A stretch of 64,000 nucleotides of DNA from Minisyncoccia bacterium (GTDB lineage: Bacteria; Patescibacteriota; Minisyncoccia; Phycocordibacterales; Phycocordibacteraceae). Location: contig JBBRPE010000003.1 in the NCBI GenBank assembly GCA_038228545.1, positions 64,442 through 128,441 on the forward strand. The letters run 5' to 3'. The position numbers and the translations under genes were made by a program. The notes under the pieces were generated by a model that was given only the letters and a program-made list of their open reading frames with translations, made no database searches and had not been told where the DNA came from. Positions 46,238 through 56,364 of this stretch are shown here, piece after piece (the stretch's first letter is position 1; every line of letters starts with the position of its first letter).

Positions 46238-47296
46238 TTAAACTCTCGTCACATTCCTCCAAAATATCTCCCCCGCCTTCTTCCACGAAAACTGTTCCGC
46301 TTTCTCACGACAGGCAACGCGAGACAGCGTAAGACATTTAAGAGCCGCTTTTTCTAGGTCGTCACTGAGTACACCGTCCACACCATTCGTGATAATGTCG
46401 CGCGGACCGAGAACATCGTGCGCGGCTACCGGCACACCACATGAAAGCGCTTCTATAACGACAAGCCCGAATGTATCAGTACGAGATGGAAACACACATA
46501 CATCTGATGCAGAAAGCCAGTCAACAAGCTCCTGCCCTTTTTTGTAACCCAAAAAAGTAGCGGACTTGGCATAGCGCTCGCTGAATTCTTCGAGTTGAGG
46601 ACCACCACCGATAACCACCTTGGTACCAGGTAGATTGAGCTGTAGAAATTCTTCAACGTTTTTCTCATGGGCAACGCGTCCGACATAGACAAAAAGCGGA
46701 CGTGGAAGCACCTTCGCTTCTGCAGGCGTTCGCTCTTCGTTCCGAACAAAGAAATCTATATCAACGCCGTTTGGTGTTATGACGACATTCGTATTCTTTC
46801 GTTTCTCAAATTCACTCGCGAGGGTTTGCGTGGCCACAAATAATGCCTTAGCGGGAGCGTGGAACCAATGCAGATACCAGTACGCAGGCTCCACAAAGAG
46901 TTTTCCAAGAAAGACGTAGTGCTCCACATACAACGGCCAATTCGTATGGAAGTAGGTAGTGAACGGAATATTGTCTTCAATACATACGTTACGTGCGCTG
47001 TAACCAAGCGATCCTTCCGTGGATATATGAACATAATCCGGTTTCTCGAAGCGAATATGTTCCCGCATTCCGTGTTTTGGAAAGAGCGTAACGGAGACCT
47101 CAGGATAGATAGGGAGAGGACTCACGAGTGAAAAAAGTCCGGGATGCACAATAGTAACCTCAACGCCTTTTTGTTCGAGTTCTTTTTTTATATTTTGAAT
47201 ACTCGTAACGACACCGTTCACTTGAGGAGTCCATGTGTCCGTTACGATAAGCAGTTTTGGCATAGGTCGAGGCGAGTCAGGGCGAGTATAGCGCAC
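46238..47296 (-). CDS. Glycosyltransferase family 4 (GT-B, group 1)
   Basis: C-terminal GT1 domain with FVYVGRVAHEKNVEEFL (EX7E-like region). 352 aa. Confidence 0.75.
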   Translation of the reverse strand: MRYTRPDSPRPMPKLLIVTDTWTPQVNGVVTSIQNIKKELEQKGVEVTIVHPGLFSLVSPLPIYPEVSVTLFPKHGMREHIRFEKPDYVHISTEGSLGYSARNVCIEDNIPFTTYFHTNWPLYVEHYVFLGKLFVEPAYWYLHWFHAPAKALFVATQTLASEFEKRKNTNVVITPNGVDIDFFVRNEERTPAEAKVLPRPLFVYVGRVAHEKNVEEFLQLNLPGTKVVIGGGPQLEEFSERYAKSATFLGYKKGQELVDWLSASDVCVFPSRTDTFGLVVIEALSCGVPVAAHDVLGPRDIITNGVDGVLSDDLEKAALKCLTLSRVACREKAEQFSWKKAGEIFWRNVTRV

Positions 47297-47381
47297 TTTC
47301 GTGAACAGGCTTTAGTAAAGTGTATAATCGCCGAATCCACGTATACCAGTGCTACTATTTCTTCCTAGGGAGGAAGAAAAT

Positions 47382-47486
47382 ATGCAGCAATTGCTCGAAC
47401 TGCCGTGGCAGGTCTACGTCTTTGGAGGATTCTCTCTCGCCATATGCTTCGTGATTTTCATGAAGAATTTCGGCGTCAAACGATGA
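47382..47486 (+). CDS. Small hydrophobic peptide (34 aa)
   Basis: Strong RBS GGGAGGAAG 8 nt upstream. MQQLLELPWQVYVFGGFSLAICFVIFMKNFGVKR. Not in the 6-frame track. Confidence 0.35.
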   Translation: MQQLLELPWQVYVFGGFSLAICFVIFMKNFGVKR

Positions 47487-47573
47487 GTGCAACACCACTG
47501 CCGCGCCGTCCCCTCTTGGAGACGGCGCGCACACGTTCTCGCGATTACCTCCTAAATACGCTATAACTGAGCT

Positions 47574-48443
47574 ATGGAACGAACCATTGTCTTCTACCAC
47601 GCAAACTGCCCAGATGGCTTCGGAGGCGCGTATTCTGCCTGGAAGAAGTTTGGTGACACCGCTCAATACTGCCCGCTTTCGTACGGTAAACCCATTCCGG
47701 AGAACCTCGATGGCGCACACCTCTTTTTCATAGATTTCTGCTACGACCAAGAAGTAATGGACAGTATCAAGGCTGTTGCAGGCTCACTCACCGTGCTCGA
47801 CCATCACGAGGGTGTTGAGGAAGTGACACGCAGCATGCCGGAATTTGTGTACGATGTTAATCGTTCCGGTGCTTCTATAGCCTGGGCATATTTCCATCCC
47901 GACGTACCGCTTCCCACTCTCCTTACTCTTATCGAAGACGACGACCTCTTCCGCTTCAAACTTCCGGACACGAAAGCGATGTTGGCATATATTGCCGTAA
48001 AGCCATTCACGTTTGAATTCTGGGATGAACTCGCGCAAGTCCTCGACGATCCGGAGCAAAAAGAAAAAATGCTAGAAAAAGTTCGCGCCTACCGCGAGTA
48101 CTTTGATTTACTCGTCGAGCAAAGTGTGGAGCGTGCCAAACTTCTGCAGTTTGAGGATTACCAGATACTTGCCGGTGTTACGCATCCCATGAAGCCAATG
48201 GTATCGGCTCTTGGAAATGCACTTGCGAAGAAGCAGGGACCGTTCGCATTCGTTCTCCAAGTACGCGAAGAAGGTATTGCGGTCTCGGTACGTGGCGACG
48301 GCTCCATTGATTTGGCTGCACTCACGCAAAAATACGGAGGTAATGGTCATCACGACTCCGCTGCGTTCTTCGTGCCATGGGGCGCTCCCCTTCCATGGAC
48401 ACCCGTACCAAAAGAAGACGAACATGAAAGTCCTCGCAATTGA
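47574..48443 (+). CDS. DHH-family phosphoesterase (NrnA-like nanoRNase / pAp phosphatase)
   Basis: DHH motif LDHHEG. DHHA1 motif GGNGHHDSAAF. Confidence 0.7.
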   Translation: MERTIVFYHANCPDGFGGAYSAWKKFGDTAQYCPLSYGKPIPENLDGAHLFFIDFCYDQEVMDSIKAVAGSLTVLDHHEGVEEVTRSMPEFVYDVNRSGASIAWAYFHPDVPLPTLLTLIEDDDLFRFKLPDTKAMLAYIAVKPFTFEFWDELAQVLDDPEQKEKMLEKVRAYREYFDLLVEQSVERAKLLQFEDYQILAGVTHPMKPMVSALGNALAKKQGPFAFVLQVREEGIAVSVRGDGSIDLAALTQKYGGNGHHDSAAFFVPWGAPLPWTPVPKEDEHESPRN

Positions 48444-49599
48444 GACATCGTGCGATGAAACTGCAGTAGCTATTCTCGAAGCCACCGGCGACGAGTCGTC
48501 GGCAACCTTTACCATTCTCGGTAACGCACTTATTTCACAGATAGACATACACCGCGAATACGGCGGGGTATTCCCCGCCGTCGCAAAACGCGAGCACGCA
48601 AAAAATCTCGTACCGCTTCTTGAGAATGCCCTCGCAGAAGCAGAGCTTCTTGTTGAGACTACTCAAGCAATCCCGACTGAACTGCACGATGAGCTCGCCG
48701 TACTCCTTGAGCGCGAGCCGGAATTATCGAGCGCTTTTCTTGCTCGCCTCGCACAAATAGAACGCCCAGCACTAGACGCGATAGCCGTGACGGCAGGCCC
48801 GGGACTCGAGCCAGCACTCTGGGTTGGCATCAACTTTGCGAAAGCGCTCGCACGTATATGGAATCTTCCGCTTGTTGCGGTAAACCACATGGAAGGTCAT
48901 GCGCTTTCTGCACTTGCCGTACAAGAAGGTAATCAGCTCACCATACACGCAACGAAACTACCACTCTTAGCGCTTCTCATTTCCGGCGGACATACGGAGA
49001 TTCTTCTGATGAAAGAGTGGCTTTCGTATGAAATGATCGGCCAGACCAAAGACGACGCAGTTGGTGAGGCATTTGATAAAGTAGCCCGCATGATGGGTCT
49101 GCCCTATCCGGGTGGTCCTGAGATAGACCGACTCGCAGCACTCGACCGTGAAGATTTTTCTACCGCACCCTTCAAGCTCCCACGTCCCATGCTGCATGAC
49201 GCGAGTTGTGATTTTTCATTCAGTGGCCTTAAGACTGCAGTGCTCTATATCATCAAAGACCTGGGCGAACTAACCGGTACACAGAAGGAACAGATGGCTC
49301 GAGAATTCGAGGACGCGGTCACAGAAGTACTCTGGGCCAAGACCGCTCGCGCGCTCGAAGAAACCGGAGCCAAAACTCTCGTGATAGGTGGTGGAGTCTC
49401 AGCGAATCGCCACATTCAGGAAACCTTCGCGCAAAATATCGAAAAGGATTTTGGAGACGTCACACTGCACATCCCGTCCCGAGAGCTTTCAACAGATAAC
49501 GCGATAATGATTGGCATCGCCGGCTATTACCGCGCCCTACAGAAAGACTTTGCCGACCCTGCCACCTTACGTGCTAATGGCAATCAAAGTCTCGCATAG
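48424..49599 (+). CDS. tsaD: tRNA N6-adenosine threonylcarbamoyltransferase
   Basis: Start set at MKVLAIETSCDETAVAI. Kae1/TsaD metal-binding region …NHMEGHAL…. Confidence 0.85.
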   Translation: MKVLAIETSCDETAVAILEATGDESSATFTILGNALISQIDIHREYGGVFPAVAKREHAKNLVPLLENALAEAELLVETTQAIPTELHDELAVLLEREPELSSAFLARLAQIERPALDAIAVTAGPGLEPALWVGINFAKALARIWNLPLVAVNHMEGHALSALAVQEGNQLTIHATKLPLLALLISGGHTEILLMKEWLSYEMIGQTKDDAVGEAFDKVARMMGLPYPGGPEIDRLAALDREDFSTAPFKLPRPMLHDASCDFSFSGLKTAVLYIIKDLGELTGTQKEQMAREFEDAVTEVLWAKTARALEETGAKTLVIGGGVSANRHIQETFAQNIEKDFGDVTLHIPSRELSTDNAIMIGIAGYYRALQKDFADPATLRANGNQSLA

Positions 49600-49640
49600 G
49601 CCCTCGCTCGAGTCCCGTTTTCTGCTATATTCAGAGAATA

Positions 49641-51815
49641 ATGGACGAGAAATTCAAGAAGCCGTACGACCCAAGCGCTACCGAGACGCGCATCTACGAG
49701 GCCTGGGAAAAAAGCGGTTATTTTAATCCGGATAACCTTCCGGGCCCTAGAAACGAGACTTTCACCGTGGCACTCCCGCCACCAAACGTGACCGGTATTC
49801 TCCACTTAGGCCATGCGTATGAAGATTCTCTTCAGGACGCAGTCGTGCGGTACATGCGTATGCAAGGCAAGAAAGTGCTCTGGGTTCCAGGAGCGGACTC
49901 GGCAGCCATTGCTACCCAAGCGCGCGTGGAGAAGAATATTCAAAAAGATGAAGGTAAGAGCCGTCATGACATTGGGCGCGAGGAGCTCGTGAAGCGCGTT
50001 GGGGAGTTTGCGAAGAACAGTGAGAGCTCAATCCTTTCGCAGGTACGACGTATGGGCGCGTCGCTCGATTGGTCGCGCTACGCATATACTCTCGATGACA
50101 AACGTACCAGCGCAGTACTGACTGCGTTCGTACGCATGTACGAAGCGGGTTTGATTTATCGAGGCAATCGTATCGTGAACTGGGACCCAAAGGGCCAGAC
50201 AACTATCTCTGACGACGAAATAGTCCACGAGGAGCGAAAGTCAAAACTCTACACCTTCCTGTACAGTAAGGACTTCCCTATTCCAGTCGCTACAACTCGT
50301 CTTGAAACAAAAGTTGGCGATGTTGCCGTTGCGGTGCATCCAGACGATGTCCGGTATAAGGAATTCGTCGGCAAAGAATTTAAACTCACCTTCTGTGAGA
50401 CACCGCTCTCTATCCGAGTTATCGCTGACAAGGAAGTAGACCCTGAATACGGCACAGGCGCGCTCGGTGTTACCCCCGCTCACAGCATCATCGACTGGGA
50501 AATGGCAGAACGCCATAATCTACCCAAGGACAAAATCGTCATAAACGAATACGCCAAGATGAGCGTCGAAGGACCCCTCAACGGTCTCAAGGCAGTTGAT
50601 GCACGCGAGAAAGTCGCGGAGTGGCTCCGTGAGCAAGGTCTTATGGAGAAGGAAGAAGAGGTCACACAGAACGTGGCGACTGCAGAACGCACGGGCGGCA
50701 TCATCGAACCGTTACCTAAATTGCAGTGGTTTATAGGCGTAGATAGGGTATTCACCATTCCCCATTCCGAGATTCCTGGAATTGAATCCGGAAGTGAGAC
50801 AACACTCAAAACTATTATGCGCACCGCAGTTGAGAGCGGAGAAGTCTCTATGCCACAGGAAAACTTCCGTAAGGTATACATGAATTGGATTAGTAACCTT
50901 CACGATTGGTGCATTAGTCGCCAGATTTGGTTTGGTCACCGTATCCCTGTTTGGTATAAGGGTGACGAAATTTTTTGCGGATTAGAAGCTCCTGGGGGAA
51001 CAAATTGGGAACAAGACCCGGATGTACTTGATACCTGGTTCTCATCTGCACTCTGGACTTTTTCAACACTCGGGTGGCCAGAGAAAACACTCGACCTCAA
51101 GGAATTCCATCCAACTTCATTCATGTCGCCAGCGTACGAAATTCTTACGCTCTGGGTATCCCGCATGGTTCTTATGTCCGGATTTCACCTTGGCCAAGTA
51201 CCATTCCGCACTGTCATGATTCACGGCCTCGTGCGTGATAAACAGGGACGAAAATTCAGTAAATCACTTGGTAACGGAGCGGACCCTATCGACACGATTG
51301 ATAAGTACGGGACCGACGCACTTCGCATGGGTCTTCTTGTCGGCACAGCTATCGGAAACGATATCCGTTTCGATGAAGACAAGGTAAAGGGCTACAAGCA
51401 TTTCGCAAATAAGCTCTGGAACATCACTCGTTTCATTCTTGAAAGTACGGAAGGTGCAGACCCACATATGTCACTCAATGAGACGGACCAAGCGCTCATC
51501 GCTGAGCTCGATGCGATTGTTGTAGACGTAACTCTCGATATGGAGAATTACCGCATCTACATGGCGGCCGAGAAGCTCTACCACTATGCTTGGGACAGAC
51601 TTGCAGCAGAACTTATTGAAGATTCAAAACCGATACTACTCGGAACAGACGAAACGGCGAAAGCTTCTCGCCAGGCAGTTCTTCTCGTATTGCTTTCTAC
51701 GACCATAAAGCTGTTGCATCCGTTCATGCCGTTTGTGACAGAAGAAATATATCAATCGCTCCCCGGAAAGTCTTCCGATTTTCTTATGGTCGAGAAGTGG
51801 CCAACGAATTCATAG
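49641..51815 (+). CDS. valS: Valine--tRNA ligase (short form lacking C-terminal coiled coil)
   Basis: HIGH region PPPNVTGILHLGHA. KMSKS as KFSKSLGN. Editing domain present. 724 aa. Confidence 0.85.
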   Translation: MDEKFKKPYDPSATETRIYEAWEKSGYFNPDNLPGPRNETFTVALPPPNVTGILHLGHAYEDSLQDAVVRYMRMQGKKVLWVPGADSAAIATQARVEKNIQKDEGKSRHDIGREELVKRVGEFAKNSESSILSQVRRMGASLDWSRYAYTLDDKRTSAVLTAFVRMYEAGLIYRGNRIVNWDPKGQTTISDDEIVHEERKSKLYTFLYSKDFPIPVATTRLETKVGDVAVAVHPDDVRYKEFVGKEFKLTFCETPLSIRVIADKEVDPEYGTGALGVTPAHSIIDWEMAERHNLPKDKIVINEYAKMSVEGPLNGLKAVDAREKVAEWLREQGLMEKEEEVTQNVATAERTGGIIEPLPKLQWFIGVDRVFTIPHSEIPGIESGSETTLKTIMRTAVESGEVSMPQENFRKVYMNWISNLHDWCISRQIWFGHRIPVWYKGDEIFCGLEAPGGTNWEQDPDVLDTWFSSALWTFSTLGWPEKTLDLKEFHPTSFMSPAYEILTLWVSRMVLMSGFHLGQVPFRTVMIHGLVRDKQGRKFSKSLGNGADPIDTIDKYGTDALRMGLLVGTAIGNDIRFDEDKVKGYKHFANKLWNITRFILESTEGADPHMSLNETDQALIAELDAIVVDVTLDMENYRIYMAAEKLYHYAWDRLAAELIEDSKPILLGTDETAKASRQAVLLVLLSTTIKLLHPFMPFVTEEIYQSLPGKSSDFLMVEKWPTNS

Positions 51816-51827
51816 TAAGATGAAGGC

Positions 51828-52553
51828 ATGACCTTCCCTTTCATGACGCTCGGGTATTCGTTCCTGGGTGGAGTTCTTCCTGCAATGATATGGCTGTACT
51901 TTCTTCTGAAAGAAGACTCGCGTTGTCCGGAACCTCGTCACATGATTATCATCGCGGTACTCGCCGGCATGATTGCCGTTCCACTCGTACTTCCGCTTGA
52001 GCATATTGCAATCATTACCCTTCCGAAGGCAGACCCAGGGCCAGGCACATCCGTACTTATCGCATGGGCAACCATAGAAGAGACTGCAAAGTACGCTCTC
52101 GCGGCCATTCTCGTTCTCTGGCGACGTTGGGTAAACGAGTCCGTCGACTTTGTTATTTACATGATTACCGTAGCGCTGGGCTTTGCGGCTATTGAGAACA
52201 TGCTCTTTCTTATTCAGCCGCTTGCACAAGGACACATTGCAGCAAGCATCGCAACGGAGAATCTCCGCTTTGTCGGCTCAACACTAGTGCACGTCATTTC
52301 GTCGGCAGCAGTCGGATTCGCACTCGCGTTTTCCTTCAAACTCAATCGAACACTCAGAGCTTTTGCTGCTGCGGCAGGACTTGTCCTTGCTATCGCATTG
52401 CACAGCCTATTCAACTTCCTTATAATTATGCGAGATGGCTCACACACATTGCTCGCGTTTTTCATCGTGTGGACTGGAGCTGTCGTCTTCCTCGCACTCT
52501 TCGAGATACTGAAATACTTTCGGTATCGTAAATTACCAAAAAATACCTGCTAG
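51828..52553 (+). CDS. PrsW-family intramembrane protease
   Basis: Motifs IEETAKY (EExxK), FAAIEN (FxxxE), HSLFN (HxxxN/D) in a polytopic membrane protein. Confidence 0.6.
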   Translation: MTFPFMTLGYSFLGGVLPAMIWLYFLLKEDSRCPEPRHMIIIAVLAGMIAVPLVLPLEHIAIITLPKADPGPGTSVLIAWATIEETAKYALAAILVLWRRWVNESVDFVIYMITVALGFAAIENMLFLIQPLAQGHIAASIATENLRFVGSTLVHVISSAAVGFALAFSFKLNRTLRAFAAAAGLVLAIALHSLFNFLIIMRDGSHTLLAFFIVWTGAVVFLALFEILKYFRYRKLPKNTC

Positions 52554-52562
52554 ACTACGCGT

Positions 52563-53066
52563 ATGCCTCCAAAAAAGCGTTCCTTCTTCGATAGACTCTC
52601 CGGCGCACTTCCAGCCGACGACTACGAGGCGTTCGAAGACGATGTGCCTATGACACAATCTCCTACACGGAAGATTATTCCGAATGCGGGCGTAAGCACA
52701 CCTATACAGGTGCATCACGAAGAGGAGGTCGAAGCTGAGGGACAGCTTCCGGTGGACGTGTACCAAACACAAAACGAAATCGTCATCCGCGCATTCGTAG
52801 CAGGTGTTCGCGCTGACGAACTTAATGTTTCTATCAGCCGCGACATGGTGGAGATTGAAGGCTCTCGTGAAGAGCGCGATCAGGTTTCAGTCCCTGATTA
52901 CTTCAGCCAGGAACTTTTCTGGGGCTCTTTTGCACGAACCATTCTCCTTCCCCAGGAGATAGACGTCGATGCTTCGACCGCAGGAGCTAAGGACGGTCTT
53001 TTGACACTCGTTCTTCCGAAACTGGATAAGACCCGCCAGACCAAGCTTCGCGTCAAAGCAGGCTAG
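52563..53066 (+). CDS. Hsp20/alpha-crystallin family small heat shock protein
   Basis: ACD pattern (LPVDVYQTQNEIVIRAFVAGVRADELNVSISRDMVEIEG… GLLTLVLPK). Confidence 0.8.
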   Translation: MPPKKRSFFDRLSGALPADDYEAFEDDVPMTQSPTRKIIPNAGVSTPIQVHHEEEVEAEGQLPVDVYQTQNEIVIRAFVAGVRADELNVSISRDMVEIEGSREERDQVSVPDYFSQELFWGSFARTILLPQEIDVDASTAGAKDGLLTLVLPKLDKTRQTKLRVKAG

Positions 53067-53194
53067 CAATTCACGCAGTCCACATGTCCTGTGCTGAAAG
53101 TTTGTAGCTTTCATTAAAAGTACTTTTACGTACGACTTTTCCGAGTTTGCTCATCGCCTTGTGCTGAAAATCCGCGGTGCTTCCTAAGAAAGTG

Positions 53195-54280
53195 TTAGCG
53201 AATTTCTTCCCGTATGAGCGGTGGGCTGTCGACGTCCACTAACGTAAAGTACAGACGTCCAATTATCTGATGATCAATTGTTTCTATGGTCACGCGCCAT
53301 TTTCCTGCTTGTGGATTAGCAGTTTCTGAATAGCCACGATACCCTCCATCGCGTCCGCCCGCTATATGAAATGTAATGCGATTCCATTCACGCCATTTCT
53401 TTGTGCTTACGTCATAGTAGTCCCATACATGTACAACGCTCGTACCGAAATTAAAGGGAGCGGAGACTGAGGTAAAGACATACAGGGCTGTGCCAGGTAC
53501 ATGATGTATGACTTGATTGCGTAGGTTCCACCACGCTTTAGTGTCTTCAAGCGTGACGACATAGCCACCATCGCGATGTGTTACTGAATGATAGACACCC
53601 GCTTCCGGGAGCGTGAGTGGTATGGGAGGAATAAGCCCTGTGAAATAAAAGATGTTCATTGCTGAGATGATGACCACAACTCCAGGAATGACATAGCGGA
53701 GACTTGCGAAGAAGCCGGTACGCTGGATGCGAAACAGGATGTATAAGAACAGAATAAATCCAACTATGCTTACAGCCGTAGAAGCAAGAAATATGAACGG
53801 TCCAAGCTGATGTAGGAAAAGTGGGAGCGCGAATATTGCATAGGCGTAGATACCGAAGAACAACAGTACTGCCTGGAATGCGAGATATTTATAGTAGGTA
53901 CGAAAATATTCGTTCCCGATAAACACGAGAGCAAGCAACAGCAGGAACGGCCATGACACCACAGCCGAAGCGCTCTTCGCATAGAAAATAAGGCAACCTG
54001 AGAGCAGACTGCCGATAGCGTACTGTGCGCCGAGCGGAAACACTATTGAAAGTGTCCGACGCCACAGCGTCGCGTGTTCACGCGCACCCGCAAACAGATG
54101 ACTTCCGAGTGTACAGACCACGGCGATAACGAGGTAGCCAATGAATGCAAGATTCACGAGCGACACAGACAGTACTGCAAACGTGAACAGGTCCGTTATA
54201 AACCCAAAGACGAAGAGTACTGCTCCGAGATGGCGCTCGTTCCGCTGTGCCCACGCGAGAACACGCTTTAAGATTTCCAT
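53195..54280 (-). CDS. Hypothetical polytopic membrane protein with C-terminal extracytoplasmic domain
   Basis: Start set at MEILKRV so the CDS does not run into tRNA-Phe. 7-8 TM helices. Confidence 0.45.
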   Translation of the reverse strand: MEILKRVLAWAQRNERHLGAVLFVFGFITDLFTFAVLSVSLVNLAFIGYLVIAVVCTLGSHLFAGAREHATLWRRTLSIVFPLGAQYAIGSLLSGCLIFYAKSASAVVSWPFLLLLALVFIGNEYFRTYYKYLAFQAVLLFFGIYAYAIFALPLFLHQLGPFIFLASTAVSIVGFILFLYILFRIQRTGFFASLRYVIPGVVVIISAMNIFYFTGLIPPIPLTLPEAGVYHSVTHRDGGYVVTLEDTKAWWNLRNQVIHHVPGTALYVFTSVSAPFNFGTSVVHVWDYYDVSTKKWREWNRITFHIAGGRDGGYRGYSETANPQAGKWRVTIETIDHQIIGRLYFTLVDVDSPPLIREEIR

Positions 54281-54285
54281 ACTGG

Positions 54286-54358
54286 TGCTTGGGACCGGGG
54301 TCGAACCGGTGACCCTTCCCTCTTCAGGGGAATGCTCTACCAACTGAGCTACCCAAGC
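54286..54358 (-). tRNA. tRNA-Phe (GAA)
   Basis: gcttggg…ttcccctGAAgagggaa…ccggttcgaccccgg…cccaagc a. Confidence 0.75.
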
Positions 54359-54439
54359 ATGTATGCCCCTAGGGCAACGAACTAGGCCATAGTAGCGTAA
54401 AAACCGCCCTTGTGGAAGGCGGTTTTTACGCTAGGAATT

Positions 54440-54802
54440 CTATTTCTGTCCGGCCCTATAGATGTCTATGAACTTCTGAATCTGTGCGGCTGATGGCAGT
54501 CCGAGGAGGCGTTCTTCTGGAGTTGTTGGGCTAACTTTTACGGCACCTCCACTAAGTGCAGACATGAGCGGCCCGAAGTACGAGCTGAGGAAGAATATCG
54601 GCACACCAAGAACAATCAGCCACACGAGTACCTTCAGCACAAAGCCAATCAGCGCATTGCGCTCCATGCGCTTCAATATCTTATGGTTCTGCTTCGCGAC
54701 CTCAAGATTCTGTTTGAGCAAATCTTCAAGGTGCCCGTAGGGCATGCCTCCCGAAACCGGTTGTGGAGGCGTATCCATGATTACGACTTGAGGACCGTGC
54801 AC
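54440..54802 (-). CDS. Hypothetical membrane protein
   Basis: One TM (IGFVLKVLVWLIVLGVPIFFL). Downstream of the DoxX gene. Confidence 0.4.
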   Translation of the reverse strand: MHGPQVVIMDTPPQPVSGGMPYGHLEDLLKQNLEVAKQNHKILKRMERNALIGFVLKVLVWLIVLGVPIFFLSSYFGPLMSALSGGAVKVSPTTPEERLLGLPSAAQIQKFIDIYRAGQK

Positions 54803-55233
54803 GTACCTGCCTCACCGTTGCACAGCATGCCACCACAGTGTCTGCACTCCATCTTGTAGATTGAATACTTGCCGCTACCGGTAAGCATAATACCGAACGA
54901 AATGAGCATGAGTACGAACTCAAGACCGATGCCACGACCGAATCCAATGAGTAAAGTTGCAACGAGCATTTCAATACCGAACAGGAAACCGAAGATGCGT
55001 GTAGCAACACCTACGATGAGAGCAACTCCACCAATGACTTCAAGCCATGAGATGAAGTACACCAAGAGCGGTGCAATGCCGAAATGTCCGAGCATGGCGA
55101 CGGTACCACCGAGGTTTTGAACCTTCAGCCATCCATGGGTAAGGAAAATGATGCCGGCAGAAACACGAATAAGGAGAAGACCAAATGCCGGATTATAGAA
55201 AAAGCGACTGGTCTTGTTCACGAGTATTTTCAT
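54781..55233 (-). CDS. DoxX-family membrane protein
   Basis: N-terminal GLLLIRVSAGIIFLTHGWLK pattern typical of DoxX. 4 TM. Confidence 0.6.
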   Translation of the reverse strand: MKILVNKTSRFFYNPAFGLLLIRVSAGIIFLTHGWLKVQNLGGTVAMLGHFGIAPLLVYFISWLEVIGGVALIVGVATRIFGFLFGIEMLVATLLIGFGRGIGLEFVLMLISFGIMLTGSGKYSIYKMECRHCGGMLCNGEAGTCTVLKS

Positions 55234-55270
55234 AGGTCTAACTAGACTGGTATAGCTCTAGTATATCAGC

Positions 55271-55300
55271 ACGAAACCGCGCCAGAGGCGCGGTTTCGTG
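55271..55300 (+). terminator. Intrinsic terminator (cgaaaccgcgcc-agag-gcgcggtttcg)
   Basis: Perfect hairpin. The core ccgcgccagaggcgcgg also occurs at 20226-20250. Confidence 0.5.
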
Positions 55301-55317
55301 CTAGTCTCGGACTGTTA

Positions 55318-55389
55318 GCCTTCGTAGCTCAATGGATAGAGCATCTCACTCCTAACGAGACGATGTAGGTTCGATTCCTGCCGAAGGCA
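55318..55389 (+). tRNA. tRNA-Arg (CCT)
   Basis: gccttcg…ctCCTaa…ggttcgattcc…cgaaggc a. Anticodon stem has one A/C mismatch. Confidence 0.65.
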
Positions 55390-55393
55390 CTTG

Positions 55394-55663
55394 TTACTCA
55401 GCCGGAGTGGTGGAAGCGCCTCCCGTGATTCCAAGAAGAGATTCAAGGCGATTCTTGTCAAATCCGATAGTCATCTCGTCACCGACAAAAATTACCGGCA
55501 CGCCCATCTGACCGCTCTTCTCAATCATTTCCTGACGCTTCTCGGTATCGGTTGCTACGTTGTATTCCGTGTATTCGATGCCATTTGCCTTAAAAAGCTC
55601 CTTGCTCATCTGGCAGAAATGGCACGTTGGTGTTGTATAAATGCTAACTGTTTTCTGTTCCAT
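55394..55663 (-). CDS. Glutaredoxin-like protein (NrdH/Grx family)
   Basis: VSIYTTPTCHFCQ (CxxC) with thioredoxin-fold pattern GVPVIFVGDEMTIGFD. Confidence 0.75.
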   Translation of the reverse strand: MEQKTVSIYTTPTCHFCQMSKELFKANGIEYTEYNVATDTEKRQEMIEKSGQMGVPVIFVGDEMTIGFDKNRLESLLGITGGASTTPAE

Positions 55664-55719
55664 ATACGATACGTAAATTTATGTCGTTGAATTATATCAT
55701 ATCTGTTCTGTGGATAACC

Positions 55720-55793
55720 TGGTGCGGATAGGGGGAATCGAACCCCCGCCCGGTGCTTGGGAAGCACCAGTTCTACCACTAAACTATATCCGC
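55720..55793 (-). tRNA. tRNA-Gly (CCC)
   Basis: gcggata…ggtgcttCCCaagcacc…gggggttcgattccccc…tatccgc a cca. CCA is encoded. Confidence 0.75.
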
Positions 55794-55797
55794 TTTC

Positions 55798-56178
55798 TTA
55801 TAGGTGGAACCAGCCAAGTACCTTCCTCCACCAGGGGAGTACGGGCGTACTGGTCGCCACCTTCGGTGGCACCACGATAATAACGCTCTCGCCTGGCTTC
55901 GCAACGCCGTAGGTTTCTCGGAGCACTGCTTCCTGACCCCGCTCCGTATTCTGCTCAGCTAAATTTGTTTTCAGCGATACTTCGCGTGTCTGCAAACTGG
56001 CAAGCTCTGCCTTCGTGTCAGCAACTGCGTGACGAGCTATCTCCTCTTTTCGGATAATCCCGAACAAAAGCCAGAGTAACCACAGCACAAGGATAGTCAT
56101 CAGTCCCGCAATAACGTACTCACTCATTCTTCGTCTACTAACGCGTCGTGGCATGGCTCTCAGTATACCAACCCTCAT
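55798..56178 (-). CDS. Septum formation initiator (FtsB/DivIC-like)
   Basis: TM, then coiled coil, then C-terminal YGVAKPGESVIIV motif. Confidence 0.5.
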   Translation of the reverse strand: MRVGILRAMPRRVSRRRMSEYVIAGLMTILVLWLLWLLFGIIRKEEIARHAVADTKAELASLQTREVSLKTNLAEQNTERGQEAVLRETYGVAKPGESVIIVVPPKVATSTPVLPWWRKVLGWFHL

Positions 56179-56210
56179 CCTCCCTCGAGCGAGGGAGTGC
56201 GAAATAAAAG

Positions 56211-56346
56211 ACTCTCTGGAAGCAGCCGTAGAATAGGAAGCCAGCGAGACGAGTCATCCGACCGAGTTCTTCGAGTGGCGGTGCGAGTCGATGGCTGGCG
56301 ACTTATTCTACGTGTCGCCCTGGAAGGCGAAGTTTTCTTTTATTTC
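56211..56346. repeat. Intergenic repeat, family Y copy 2
   Basis: gaaataaaaga…ccgtagaata…tattctacg…tcttttatttc. Lies 18 nt downstream of the lepA stop on the minus strand. Confidence 0.6.
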
Positions 56347-56364
56347 GTACACCCGAGCGACTTT

